Below are positions 25,846 through 39,881 of a stretch of 64,000 nt of DNA, piece by piece. Within the stretch, counting starts at the first letter, position 1, and every line of letters begins with the position of its first letter. The DNA is taken from positions 4,241-68,240 of the forward strand of contig JAQGDQ010001041.1 of the NCBI GenBank assembly GCA_030141605.1, written 5' to 3'. Source of the DNA: Tubiluchus corallicola (Eukaryota > Animalia > Priapulida). The notes under the pieces were generated by a model. The model had not been told where the DNA came from. It ran no database searches and was given only the letters and a program-made list of their open reading frames with translations. The translations under genes were made by a program, and so were the position numbers.

Positions 25846-27145
25846 GAATGGATGACTGGACAACTAGGATGGATGGACTGAGTGAATGGACAACTAGGAT
25901 TGATGTACCAGATGAATGAACAACTAGGACGGATTGACTGGATTTGTGGACAACTAGGATGGATGGACTGGGTGAATGGACAACTAAGATGGATGGACTG
26001 AGTGAATGGACAACTAGGATTGTTGTACCAGATGAATGAACAACTAGGACGGATTGACTGGATTTGTGGACAACTAGGATGGATGGACTGGGTGAATGGA
26101 TGACTAGGATGGATGGACCAGATGAATAAACAACTAGGACGGATTGACTGGGTGAATGAACAACTAGGATGGATTAACTAGATTTGTGGACAACTGGGAT
26201 GGATTGACTGGGTGAATGGACAACTGGGATGGATTAACTGGGTGAATGGACAACTGGGATGGATTGACTGAGTGAATGGACAACTAGGATGGATGGACTG
26301 GATGAATGGACAACTAGGATGGATGGACTGGGTGAATGGACAACTAGGATTGATGTACCAGATGAATGAATAACTAGGACGGATTGACTGGGTGAATGGA
26401 CAACTGGGATGGATTGAGTGGGTGAATGGACAACTAGGATGGCTGAACTGAGTGAATGGACAACTAGGATGGCTGGACTGAGTGAATGGACAACTAGGAT
26501 GGATGGACCAGATGAATGAACAACCAGGACGGATTGACTGGGTGAATGGACAACTAGGATGGATGGACCAGATGAATGAACAACCAGGACGGATTGACTG
26601 GGTGAATGGACAACTAGGATGGATGGTCTGGATGAATGGACAACTAGGATGGATGGACTGGATGAATGGACAACTAGGATGGATTGACTGGGTGAATGGA
26701 CAACTAGGATGGATTGACTGGGTGAATGGACAACTAGGATGGATGGTCTGGATGAATGGACAACTAGGATGGATGGACCAGATGAATGAACAACCAGGAC
26801 GGATTGACTGGGTGAATAGACAACTAGGATGGATGGTCTGGATGAATGGACAACTAGGATGGATGGACTGGATGAATGGACAACTAGGATGGATTGACTG
26901 GGTGAATGGACAACTAGGATGGATTGACTGGGTGAATGGACAACTAGGATGGATGGTCTGGATGAATGGACAACTAGGATGGATGGACCAGATGAATGAA
27001 CAACCAGGACGGATTGACTGGGTGAATAGACAACTAGGATGGATGGTCTGGATGAATGGACAACTAGGATGGATGGACTGGATGAATGGACAACTAGGAT
27101 GGATTGACTGGGTGAATGGACAACTAGGATGGATGGTCTGGATGA
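25846..27145. repeat. 30-bp minisatellite (CAACTAGGATGGATGGACTGGGTGAATGGA), about 43 copies with higher-order structure
   Basis: Exact 30-bp register without indels. Confidence 0.98.
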
Positions 27146-27822
27146 CTAGCGACGGTCAACTCCCATAAACAGACACATTGGATCACAGTACAAAGCAAGG
27201 CGCCTAAGCAAAGAAGATATAAACAGAGCTTAAGTAACTAATCTTACAGCTATAATTATAAGTATGTAAGAAAATGTAATGAACCCTTCAAACATTCTGA
27301 CAGCAAACATGCAAGTGTGAACAGCTTTGCGAGTTACTGTCAGCAAATTACTGCAAACTCTCCGACAGTTGCTGCCAAATAAAATTGCTGGCTATTATAT
27401 TTTTTAAAATATGGAGCACTTCTGTCATTCCTTGCCATTTGTACAACAAATGAGTTGCGGTTAGTTACCAATGACGACAAATATCAGAATAAGAACGAGA
27501 ATAAACAACAAAAACAAAAAATGGATCCCGAAAGTGACGAGTATTCATGAATTATTGTACTTTTTCGAAATCATTACTCGTTAAAAAGTGGTAGCGAAGT
27601 AAACATCCCGAGACAAACTGAATAAAATAGCAAAAGTGATTTTTATTATTTTACAGAGTTTCAAAACAGGTTTCGAACACCGGGTCGGTATGCATGTTTA
27701 CAGCAATTGGTTGTTCCAGGACTGGGACCTAGCTCGTGAAGGTTAATACTCTTTAAGGTGAGACGATGGACAGATGACAGTGTCATATCAATGAAGCTCT
27801 ATGGCAGATGAAGTCACCAAAC

Positions 27823-27882
27823 TGGTGGTCACCCATCCAGCTATTAACTAGGCATGGCATTACCTTACTTCAGTCACTGAGC
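27823..27882 (-). mobile_element. 5S rRNA-derived fragment (SINE3-like)
   Basis: Minus strand GACTGAAGTAAGG...TAGTTAATAGCTGGATGGGTGACCACC resembles the 5S internal control region (boxes A/IE/C). Confidence 0.45.
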
Positions 27883-28749
27883 GCAGACTGTGGGTGGTTA
27901 CTGGCATGAGCGTGACATGGCGTCAACTGCAGCTTCAGTTCCCAGGCAACTAATTTTGGCATCTTGCCAACAATTTTACCTCAATTTCCAACAAGGGCAT
28001 ATTCGTTTAAGCTACAGTTAAGCACGAACGGATACCGAAACAGGCACTATAAATCACTAATGATCATTTCATTTTTTCAGGAAAATTTCCAGCAAATTTA
28101 TTAACATTAAGATGCTACGGCTCAAGACAGCCAGTTGAGTTGCGCAGCAGACAGACAGACAGACACACAGACAGTTGACTCGCCAAACGTCCGGATAAAA
28201 TATTTAAAATCTTGCTCGTTTTAACGCTCGACTTAAATTTTCAGTCTGGTGTCGAAATGGCGGCCATAAATACGAGTTTATGCGGCTTACAAACGAAACG
28301 AAGGCATTCACACAAAATTAGAGGCACTTTATAAATTATGCAGTTCATTCAACGCAACGTTAGATTAGCATAAGCTGGACTTTCATTCTCCATTATGAAT
28401 TTTTGCGACGTAATTTAAATTTGCGCGTGTTTGTACTTGCCTGCATAAACAGATGTAAAATGGAAATTATAAACACTAAATAATACATAAAATGAAGCAA
28501 GATTTTCATGGTTGGTTCGTACTGTCCTGGAAATTTTAGTCAGAATCATCACCACAACTAACGCGTGGGATACAGACGCTATTGCATAAATTCTGATCAA
28601 ATTTAGCAAGATAGTGTTTATCGTTTGACTGTGCCAGGTCGAGTGTGGTTTACTCGTGTCTGAAATATAGATGATCACGCTCATGTGTAACTGAACAGTG
28701 TGCACAAATTACAGCTGCTTTTTACTGCAGTTGGCTGTGGAGACTTTGA

Positions 28750-29352
28750 TTAAAAGGAAGACACGGTGATTTTTCGTATACTACCCCATTTTCAAGTCCG
28801 ATAAAAAGTATACATTTTAACACAATTAATATTGCAAAGCGTTTCTGATCATTAAAAAATAGATTAAAAACTTAATTAACAGCGGACGAGCGCCTGTTAC
28901 ATCACAAACTAACATAATTTTCAACAGCACAAACATTCCACGAGCGTGTTGCACGTGTTTGCAAAAGTGAAAATTGAAGTGCAGTGCTACTGTAAGATAT
29001 TCAGTGTGTTATACTAAAACTACACAAGTTTCAAGATAAAAGTTCAAATTTATCGCTGTGCTCATGCATGAGCTGTCGAACGTGTGCAGAGCGTCACAAA
29101 CGAACACATTTGAACTAAGAAGTACAGCAAATATTTTTGGGTAATGTGTTTCCGAAATGCAGGCGCTAGTGCCCGTCTAACCAGCGAATGGCGAAATGCA
29201 TGAAACAGCAAAGTACTAGAGGTGCGAACGCGAAATTGCGTTTGTGTGGCGATAATAAGTCATTTTTGAAAAAATTGTATGTTTCCTTTCAATATTTAAA
29301 AAAGTAAATTGTTTTGACCTACAGTTAAAGATTGCATCCAGTTTTGCTTTAA
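28750..29352 (-). mobile_element. Kolobok/T2-like MITE, family B copy 3 (reverse orientation)
   Basis: Reverse complement of the family B body, with TTAA at both ends. Confidence 0.85.
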
Positions 29353-30308
29353 TTAAAATGAACTCAAGATGAAAATTAAAGAAAAATACAAAAAATTATC
29401 AAAAGACTTGATAAAACGATAAAACATTTGATTGTGTTAATATATTTAGATTAATATATTGCTCTCCTAGCTTAATATATTTGTAAACTGTGCTGGTCAG
29501 ACATGGCAAAATACAGTTTACTAATATTCAATCCGCGAGCATAGCTGATTTTTAACTTATGTCAGGTATTTTTAGATATCTACTCACAACGTTAACTAAC
29601 TCGAAAACTATAATACGTAGAGTCACGAATTTTGCAGGATAGATACCTGGGGAATAGGCTGACAATGATGTGGTTTAAAAAGCTTATATTGTTCAAGAAC
29701 CCAAGACAGAAGCCAAAATGTGAAAATTGGGCAAGCTGCGCAGTCACATTGGGTAAACCGCATTGGCCCAGGCATAGTCAAGTGACAATTTGTGCGTGGT
29801 CATCAATAGTTCTGGCATGAGTAACCAGACTCGACCTGACACAGTCAAGCGATAAAAACGGTCGTGCTAAATTTGGATCTGAATCCAGTCTTGCTATATT
29901 TGACTTGACAGCAATCCCGATTGAAACATTACCGTATAAGGGCTAAGATATTTTTTGCGTTCTTGACAGTTATCTTGAATATTTCCTGGAATATCCCGAG
30001 TGCGATAGGATTTTTCCCATTAGCATCTCGAATGTGTCAGCAATATAAGGACAAGATAAACGTAGTTAGCATGTTAGAAGAGAAAGGCAATGAAAGCTGT
30101 GTTGGTCAGTATACATGTATGTAATCTAGTGCAAGAAGCCACAGCGTTCTTGAGTTTTCCAACCATCCAATCTATAGCCACAATAACACACACTGGAATC
30201 AATAAACGCATTTAGTGACATACTTGACATTACAATAATCTAATAACCTGACTGGATATAGCCAAACCTTGGGTATGAGCAGCCTTAGAGAATGTATATT
30301 GGGTCATT

Positions 30309-30310
<2 letters not shown>

Positions 30311-30375
<65 letters not shown>

Positions 30376-30434
30376 GTGTGTGTGTGTGTGTGTGCGTGCG
30401 TGTGTGTTGGAGAGGGAGAGAGAGAGAGAGAGAG
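30311..30434. repeat. (GT)n-(GA)n microsatellite
   Basis: Direct reading. Confidence 0.97.
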
Positions 30435-30729
30435 TTCGTATTTTCTAGTTCTATTTCAGAACCGTGAAAGCAGATTTTTAAATCCGAAAGCTTGGTTTTT
30501 AACGAAAACTTTATTGGGTTTTTACTATAGACTCTCTGTGAGTTTTGTTAATACTGAAACTCGCTTAATGAAAACAAACAGCGAAGCCACCACCAGCACA
30601 AGAAACAGAATTTCTGTTACGCCTTTTGAATATCAACAGAATAAATATTCTCCATTGATTACAATGTCCTCCTTCAGAACAGATTCATCATTATCAACAT
30701 TGCTTAACATTCGCGTCAACACTTCCTAC

Positions 30730-31058
30730 CTTATTAGCCAGGATAACAAATGGAGTGCCTGCATTCAGAAGCTGTCATACAAATCAGGAGTTGCAATCGA
30801 TGCTTAATTGTCACAAGTCTTTCTGGTTATAACAAACAAGGCAGCTGCTTGGGTAATGCCGGCCGTGCAGAATGCATAAATATCCTAGTTCTTACAGCCA
30901 GACGCTACGGGAGACAAATTTTCCCGGAAAGGATAGCAGTGTACACTTCCGAGAGGAAATACTTTATAATTAAGGGGGCGGGGATTTTTTAAATAGCTGA
31001 CACAGAAGAGAACAGCTGCTACGCACCATCCCGTTTCCTTTTTTTCCAAGAACCCAAT
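30730..31058 (-). promoter_or_regulatory. Candidate core promoter and non-coding first exon of ncs-2
   Basis: Minus-strand TATAAAG at 30968-30962, adjacent GC box GGGGGCGGGA 30974-30983, CCAAT 31054-31058, Inr-like CACT at about 30940, donor AAG|GTAGGA at 30729. Confidence 0.3.
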
Positions 31059-31177
31059 GAACAGGCAATGAAAAAGTTCGTTGGCCGTCCAACAAGCAAA
31101 ATAGTTTGTATCTTTAAGGTATTTTTACTAATAAATAAAAACTGTCAACATCGCTTGCTTACTAACCTGTACACACA

Positions 31178-31925
31178 GCCACAACGCTTAACTTACTCAG
31201 CCGCAATGCTTAACCTGTGCACGCAGTATGCCACAATATTTTATGTATGCATGTATCATGCTTACTCAGCCACAATGCTTAACGTGTACACGCAGAATGC
31301 CACAAGATTTTATGTATGCATGTAACATGCTTACTCAGCCACAATGCTTAACCTGTGCACGCAGTATGCCACAATATTTTATGTAAGCATGTAACATGCT
31401 TACTCAGCCACAATGCTTAACCCGTGCAAGCAGTATGTTTACTTAACCACAATGCTTAACGTGTGCACGCAGTATGCCACAATCTTTTATGTATGCATGT
31501 AACAGGCTTACTCAGCCACGATGCTTAACGTGTGCGCGCAGTATGCCACAATGCTTAACGTGTGAACGCAGTATGCCACAATATTTTAAGTATGCATGTA
31601 TCATGCTTACTCAGCCACGATGCTTAACGTGTGCACGCAGTATGCCACAATGCTTAACGTGTGCACGCAGTATGCCACAATATTTTATGTATGCATGTAT
31701 CATGCTTACTCAGCCACAATGCTTAACGTGTGCACGCAGTATGCCACAATATTTTATGTATGCATGTATCATGCTTACTCAGCCACAATGCTTAACGTGT
31801 GCACGCAGTATGCCACAATATTTTATGTATGCATGTATTATGCTTACTCAGCCACAATGCTTAACGTGTGCACGCAGTATGCCACAATATTTTATGTATG
31901 CACGTAACATGCTTATTCAGCCACA
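31178..31925. repeat. 69-bp minisatellite with internal 30-bp subunit duplications
   Basis: GCTTACTCAGCCACAATGCTTAACGTGTGCACGCAGTATGCCACAATATTTTATGTATGCATGTATCAT units. Confidence 0.95.
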
Positions 31926-32629
31926 TAGTTTATGAATCTCATATTTTTAATAACTCACACGAAACAAACAGACTTACATAATCCACTGAGTTAAAATATT
32001 GCCTGTCCAGGAGGACTTTCAAGCAATAATTTCGCAACAAAATTCATCTACTAAGCATAAACGATATTTCCAGAAACACAATCAACGTTGCAGAATTTTT
32101 ATTACTCTTTCCAAACCTTATTTTCGCAGGCCGTGGGCCATTTTCACGTACAATAAGTCAATATACAATAAGCCAGCAAAATTCCAACATACATGCATTA
32201 ATAATGTATGCAGTGCACATACTGAAACCCAAATACAGACGTCATAGGTTCAATACGTACTGACAAACTCTCTTATCTAATTGAGCAGTCGTCACTAGTT
32301 AGAGTCTCTAATCAAATTTGCAGTAATTTCCAACTCTTAGCGAGCAATCAAAATGACTGGTACAAAGTAGAAATTCGTTTACGGCTAAATGAAATTGTCT
32401 CTATTGCCGATTGCCGTCTCAAAAACAAAAGGAGGTCATTGAAACACCAAGACGTCATCAAAACGAGGATGTTAAGTTGATTTGTCATTTAACCAGCGCC
32501 TTCCATATTGGGGAAATAAAGAAATGAGACGTTTTTTGTTTGCCATTGCCAGACGAAAAAAGGAAAAAGACAATCAAAACGTTGTAAAACGAACTTGACA
32601 GAAAGGAAAGAAATGCAAAAAACAAAGCT

Positions 32630-32700
32630 CTGAGCCCAAATTTGAACCAGGGACTTTTGGGTTACAAGTCTAATACTATGACCATTACACTACAGATACT
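32630..32700 (-). mobile_element. Decayed tRNA-derived SINE head
   Basis: Minus strand TGTAGTGTAATGGTCATAGT...CCCTGGTTCAAAT (A and B boxes). Similar B-box remnants at about 8440, 38870 and 43555. Confidence 0.45.
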
Positions 32701-32848
32701 CTGAAGGAAGCTAATAACCCACTATTTAACTTCAGCACTTACAAGTGTTAGTTTACTTACGATGAATTAACTAATCATTACCAACTAATTACACTAACTT
32801 TATATAATTAATTTAGAGCCTAGAATAAATATTAGAGCATTAGAGCAC

Positions 32849-33140
32849 CGTTGTTGTTGTTGTTGTTGCTGCTGCTGTTGCTGTCGTTGTCGCTGTTATA
32901 ATGTTAATGTTATTGTTATTGTTACTCTTATTGTTATTGTTATTGTTTATTGTTATTGTTATTGTTACAGGTATTGTTACTGTTACTGTCACTGTCACTG
33001 TCATTATCACTATCATTATCACTATCACTATCACTATCACTATCACTATCACTATCACTATCACTATCACTATCACTATCACTATCACTATCACTGTCAC
33101 TATCACTATCACTATCATTATTATTATTGTTATTGTTATT
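32849..33140. repeat. (GTT)n-(TCACTA)n compound microsatellite
   Basis: Direct reading. Confidence 0.95.
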
Positions 33141-35087
33141 ATGCTGTAGGTTAAGAATAAAAAAAGCTTCGTTTGTCGTTTTTGTTGCAAACTTTAAATG
33201 CTGTAAATCGAATTATAACTGCGTTTCTGAGCTAAAATTCAGAAGTAACAAGCTTTGCTTCGTGTTTCTGTTACAAACGTTTAAAATTATGTAGAATTGG
33301 TGTAGGAATTTGCCTGGTATCCTTGCACCATATAACTAAAAGTTAAAAAGACGGTAACACTTTATAATCAAACTTGCAAATCCACTGTTTAAACTAACCA
33401 AATTAAAAACGAAGAACACTGCGTACTACGCTGTATTAGAGAGACTTTGTTTAATGAAATTTGTGATGAGGATCACTTACTGATGAGGATAAACTCAAAC
33501 TCTTACTAAGCAGCAGAGTTTTTTTGCTAAATGTTTTAATAAAGCAACTATAATTTCTATTCATAAAACAACAAATTTCTTTTTCTTTAAATGCATTGCT
33601 TTTATGCAAAATGCACGATGATGCTAAACCAAGCGCTTAGGTTTACTGTCTTTGTGCATTGTGGATTGTATTATAGTCATGAATAAACTAATCATTATTA
33701 TGTCAATGAAAGCTCTGCATCTAAACTCACGACAGCCCTACTTCATGGCACATTAACATTGTGTTATTTTCAAAGTCACTCTGTACACCCTGTCTTCTCC
33801 TGTTTGTACCGCTTCAGTTGAATGTGATAAATTAAATTATCCAACCATCCAGAAAAATTTCCCTCAAAGCCAGTAGACGCACTCAGCCATTAGAAATTGC
33901 TCACGTAACAGGTTCATATAAACAAACTAATGAATAATATTTAGAAGGGGTTTTTGCCATATAGGCATATTCACATGTAAATTCACATAGGCACATTCAC
34001 ATGTACAGAGTACTATATATTGTAGATACACTGTTCTTATGACGTTATCAGCTTTCTGTGCATGAAAAATATTCCTTTGTGTGGGGATTTTGTCTTTGTT
34101 ATACATTAGTCTGTGGGTAGAGTGATTTACTATCAGCATCTGGCTTGGGAACAAGAAAAATTGAACTAGGTAAGGTCCTAGCTACCTGTTAAAATTGTTA
34201 CTATTACAATAGCATGGGAGGCGGGGCGTTGTCAAATGTACACAAATGCGTTGTCTGGTACACTTAACCTTTGACCTTTTCACGATCATTCTAATCACTG
34301 GAAATATGAAAAGATTTATTACTGTGACAGCCGGCGCTGGGTTCCTGATTGTTTATTACGTAACTTCCGGTATGAAAATGGCGACGCCTTGTTTTAAGCT
34401 TGGGCAATAGAATAAATGTGATGTACAGAATAAAACCTAATGATCCATTTTATTATTATACTGTTGTATCAACTCTTCAGCAAAATTACCTCATCTCTAC
34501 GTGAGGTGACGGCAGTAACAAATTAAACGTAACTGTTGACTGCCTGTCACTAGCCAACCGTGACAATTTATTATCTCTAGTGAAGCCATCCGTTTACAGT
34601 ATGCCAGAGCACGCAGTACGTCTAAATTGAACACGTAGGCAACTCTGAACGTAATGTTTTCTATACAAGAAATTTTCATAAACTTACTTTAATTCTCTAA
34701 TTTAGCTGGCGAAATTAAAATATATTAATTGTTGTGGGACACAGTTCATAAAATACGGCATATAGTAGTTAGCATTGTTTTTTGCACTGCCTGGTTCTTC
34801 CTGCAAATTGTTCATAAATTTTCGGGAAGTTAAATAGATAAGAAAAGAGAACAGCTCCTTGTCTAACCCCTACAACGATTCTTGTAGCCTAAATGTGCCG
34901 TTCAATTTCTGTTCATATAGGTCGTTGTAAATAAATTGCTACATCTTATACCACCGTGAAAACACGCAACGTTTTAAAATAGGCAGCAAAAGTTCAAAAC
35001 TGCTGCAGCTTTCACAGTAAGTTGACGAGAAATATTAATCATCCCTCTGGACAACTAATTCAACCATTTAAGAGAGTAGTTTTAAAT

Positions 35088-35556
35088 GGTGACCGGTAAT
35101 AAAGTTGCAGAAAAGAATCACGGAAAAAGTGTCACAAATAAAGGTCACAATTTCCATCTGTGACTTTTTACCTGTGACTTTGTACCTGTGACTTTTTACC
35201 TGTGACTTTTTAATTGTGACTTTATACATGTGACTTTATTATCTGGGTTCCAGCAAACAGCTACAACAACAATTATTATTCACTGTCATATTTTACCGAA
35301 TCGATGACAATGACTTTTTACCTGACTTTTTACCTGTGACTTTTTACCTGTAACTTTATACCTGTGAATTTATACCTGTGACATTTTACCTGTGACTTTT
35401 TACTTGTGACTTTATACGTGTGACTTTTTACCTGTGACTTTTTACTTGTGACTTTATACGTGTGACTTTTTACCTGTGACTTTATTATCTGGATTTCAGC
35501 AAACTGCTACAACAACAATTATTATTCACTGTCATACTTTACCAAATCTATGACAA
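35088..35556. mobile_element. Small inverted-repeat element with 14-bp (TGTGACTTTTTACC)n arrays, right end duplicated together with its flank
   Basis: Left end has AAAAGTGTCACA/AAAGGTCACA motifs inverted relative to the array. 35231-35310 is repeated at 35477-35556. Confidence 0.6.
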
Positions 35557-36585
35557 CCAACAATAATTCATTAGCTTCATTAGTGCCGCTTAGCTTAGAC
35601 ACGATACTTTACAGCAACCATTATAATTAGCTAATTGCTTTAATTAATTCAGATCAGCTTACAAACTGCGCATGGACAATTTCATGCAACGGTAGCAAAA
35701 CGAGCATAAATTATCGCCTGGTGAATTCAAAAGCTGTAAATCATAGTCTAATTAATTTTAGTCATCAGAAATGTTGAGTTGGATAATGTGTGGAAGTTAG
35801 TCAGCAAGCCAGTGAGTAGTACAAAGAGTGAAAATCTGCCATTATTATGCTAGGAAATAAACTGATAACAGGTTCATTTCATACCCTAAAACAGTAACAA
35901 ATTGTAGAAATTCGACATAACAGAATTGATACACAAGTCGCTTCATCTTCATGACTACAACTTGAACAAGTTAAATCCAATGCGACGAGTTCGTGGGAAA
36001 CCAGACTGCAAGATTTTCCACTTAGTATCTATAGTCTTTTTGCACTATTTGTTTACAATGTGGCCTGCCAATGTAAACAACATTGCTTCAAAAAACTGAA
36101 CAAGTATGAAGGAACAAATAGTTTTAAGAATAAAAAACGCGCTAATTTCTTTCAAGATTGTTCTTTGTCGCTTCAAGCTTTCATGGTTAAACACCAATTT
36201 TTCAAGATCGAGTACAAAAAATTTCAAGAGGCGGCAACACTAAACGCAACCAACGTTTCAGAACTCACTACATTTACTCACGGTAATGACAATTTTAATC
36301 TTTTATATGGTAAAAATGTTACCCAACAGCTTTAAACAAACAATAGTACAATACGAAATTAGCCACGAATATTTAAAAGATACTCAAGACAGTTACAAAT
36401 CGAAGAACGTTTTTTAAAAATTTACTTCATCGTCAAACAGTTTCGTTTTGTTTTTCTTTACCCGTACTAATACAATTTGTCACGTTTTGGAAACAGTCTT
36501 AATTTATCCAGACAGGTTTTCTAATAAGCAAGAAACAGAAGTGATCAATGAAGAACAGTTTCTCTACCCATCTGTATACAGTGGT

Positions 36586-37337
36586 TATACAGTATACAGA
36601 TAATAGAAAATTGGTACAGTAGTGCAAAATACCTTTAGAACTGCTGCAAATCCAATATTATATACAGTATATATATAATAGAAAATTGGTACAGTAGTAC
36701 AAAATACCTTTAGAACTGCTGCACGTCCAATATTATATACAGTATATACATAATAGAAAATCGGTACAGTAGTACAAAATACCTTTAGAACTGCTGCACA
36801 TCCATTATTATATACAGTATATACATAATAGAAAATTGGTACAGTAGTACAAAATACCTTTAGAACTGCTGCACATCCATTATTATATACAGTATATACA
36901 TAATAGAAAATTGGTACAGTAGTACAAAATACCTTTAGAACTGCTGCACATCCAATATTATATACAGTATATAGATAATAGAAAATTGGTACAGTAGTAC
37001 AAAATACCTTTAGAACTGCTGCACATCCAATATTATATACAGTATATAGATAATAGAAAATTGGTACAGTAGTACAAAATGCCTTTAGAACTGCTGCAAA
37101 TCCAATATTATATACAGTATATACATAATAGAAAATTGATACAGTAGTACAAAATACCTTTAGAACTGCTGCAAATCCAATATTATATACAGTATATAGA
37201 TAATAGAAAATTGATACAGTAGTACAAAATACCTTTAGAACTGCTGCACGTCCAATATTATATACAGTATATAGATAATAGAAAATTGATACAGTAGTAC
37301 AAAATACCTTTAGAACTGCTGCACATCCAATATTATA
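36586..37337. repeat. 75-bp minisatellite, 10 copies
   Basis: TAATAGAAAA at 36601, 36676, 36751 ... Confidence 0.97.
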
Positions 37338-39881
37338 ATATCCAAATCAGAATTTCGTGCCCGCAAATATAAAGCGTTTACGCCTTATTATGGGCGCATT
37401 ATAATGGGCATATCTTGTACTCTGTGTAAATCTCCACTTAGCAGAATACAAATAAGTAAATATAACAACGTATTAAACTGTTTGCATGCTTGTAAACAAG
37501 CCCACAGACTGTCGTGGCTGCAAAGTACTTTAACGCAAGGTACTTTAACTTCATTCGCAAATATTAATAATAGTCTCATCGCAGCCTAGGAGCAAAACAG
37601 CGGAAGTCAGAGACTATACGTCCGGTTAAACTAGGTAGTGCATCATTAGTTATTCACATGTTTTTACTTATTAAATGTAGTAAACGTATTAAGCGTGTAT
37701 TTTATAACTTTCGTACTCTCAAATTTACTGTTAAAAACAAGAACAGTGTCTAGTCAGCTTGGAACTAAGCTAGTAAGCTCTGTGTGTTAAAGAGCCTTAC
37801 ATTTCTAAATTATTATTAACATCATTTAATAAATATTTTATTTCATAAAAAGTGTTATTAGTTGAAATTATTTACACCATTAGTAATAAAAACAACATAA
37901 CGATAGCAAAAAGAATGAATGGGCCTAGTATTTCTGATAAAATATATAAGAAGTACAACTTCTTTTCAAATTAACTTGTTACGATGTAATTTAGAATTGA
38001 TTACAGTTGTGCTACGCTTAAAAAATTCATGTCATTACAGTCTATGCATTCGATGCAATCTCTAGCCATATTAGCAATTACCTGTTGGTTTCCTATCGAA
38101 GTCATTTTCCTCACTGATCTCCATGCCAAAATATATTATATCCATTTTCTAACTGATGTTCTAACTATTACAATTGAATGTGCAACATGTCAGTCGTAAA
38201 TTAAAACCCATTGCTGATTTAACAGTAAACAGAGCTTGGTGCGCCACAAACTTAAAAATGTTACTACTTTGTTTACAACTAATACAGCATTTACTAAAAC
38301 GGTTGGCAAACTGTTGACTTGGTAGTAAATTAGACATTTATCATATAACCTATATTATGTTCTAGAAAAATAACAGTAATAATAATAAGACTTGTAAGTG
38401 AAGCCTTGCACACAAATGGTGCCAACTTTCTAACACACAGACGGTGGTTTTGCAAACTAGTTTTTCTCAAACTATGGGAAGCTGATCATATGTATCTCTG
38501 GCTTCTATTAGGAGGGGTTTCATAGACTGGGCGGCAAAACAAACAGTAGAACAAAACGCGCCGCGGCACACTCATACAATAATCTCGGTCGAGGTTTTTT
38601 CTGCTGTGACTTTGAAGTAGAAGCGTTAAATGCAATATCATGTTCACTGAAGCCAGAAAGATGCAGCGCGTAAAAGAGTAGCACACGTCTCGTCGTATGA
38701 GCGGAAGTAAATGAGTTTCTTCAATGGCTTCATAGGGTAGTGGCTTCAGTTGAGGTAGAGGGACTATTTTCGCGTCAATGAAGGAAATTACCAGCAGAGA
38801 CGCAGTTTAATACAGTAATAAGAATATGAAAGGTCTACAAAATCTGAATCGTAAACAGAAGGTCCCCGGTTCAAATCCAGGCTGCACATTTCCTGCCTCT
38901 CAAATTTAGCAAAATTTTAACTAATTCTGCGTTTGTAGCATTAGGAATTCCCAAGGTGTCAGGGCTTTAAAGAAGAAGTGATAAAATTCGTTCATTTTAG
39001 CGGCCAAACCAAAGCAAAAAGTACCATTTGTAAAAATTATAGATACACTTAAAAGTACGCCGGACGATTGTGTAGACATTAGCTCAAAATAAACTATGCT
39101 CTAAAATATTCAAAACTAGAACAGCTCTTTTTAAATCAGTGCTTAGATTAAGTAATAACTACCTAGGATAGTTAAATTTTGTTAAACTTTCAAAGCTATC
39201 TGAGTCACCAGCAGGCATTATTATTGGCTGTTCATTCCGAGAATGACTACAGATACTAATAATCAGTTTGATATCGTAAAACATGAATGACATTCAAATA
39301 TCACTGTCATTTCCGACGTCCACACGATGCTGCAACACTGACAAACTCGACAATGACAGTATTTTGAATGACCGCGTGGACGACACATTAGAAAACGAAC
39401 TTGCCTTACAACAATGTGCAAACAGAGCACTGAGAACATTGTACCAACCACTAGCAAACACAATCAACAGGCGAAACAGTTAAACTTTCAGCCTTAAACA
39501 AAACGAACACGAGAAAAACATTAAATTCTACCTCATTTCTACAAGTCGCGGGGTCTGAAAACTCGTGAATCGATTATCCTGTAAATCGGGAGTTTATCAA
39601 CGCGTCTCTGTTCTACTAATGTATTCCCAGAAGGCAGGCAGTCAGTATGTCTTAATTCATCAATTACTTGCGAGCGCCAAAGTGCTCCATCAAATTGTGT
39701 TTTCTTATACACTGTTCAACTTCTTTTGGTCAACACGGGGAGAAAGAAAGCAAACAGATTTGGTGAAGTATGGAGAAAATTGCTACAGGGAAATTGACGA
39801 GGCTGGCAAATGTAATGCATTGCATCTCACTAACAAGCGAGGCTGAGTTACACACCCAACCAATTCAAATTGCGTAAAAGT

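Noticed and set aside
26482-27168. 228-aa Trp-rich repeat protein
   Set aside because: Translation of a 30-bp minisatellite; the same frame has stops in the left half and there is no unique coding sequence or splice support.
31474-31935. Cys-rich, metallothionein- or zinc-finger-like ORF
   Set aside because: Translation of the 69-bp minisatellite.
36049-36079. Short hairpin TGTTTACA...TGTAAACA as a pre-miRNA
   Set aside because: Stem too short, and no match to a conserved miRNA I recognise; at most an inverted pair of Fox-type sites.
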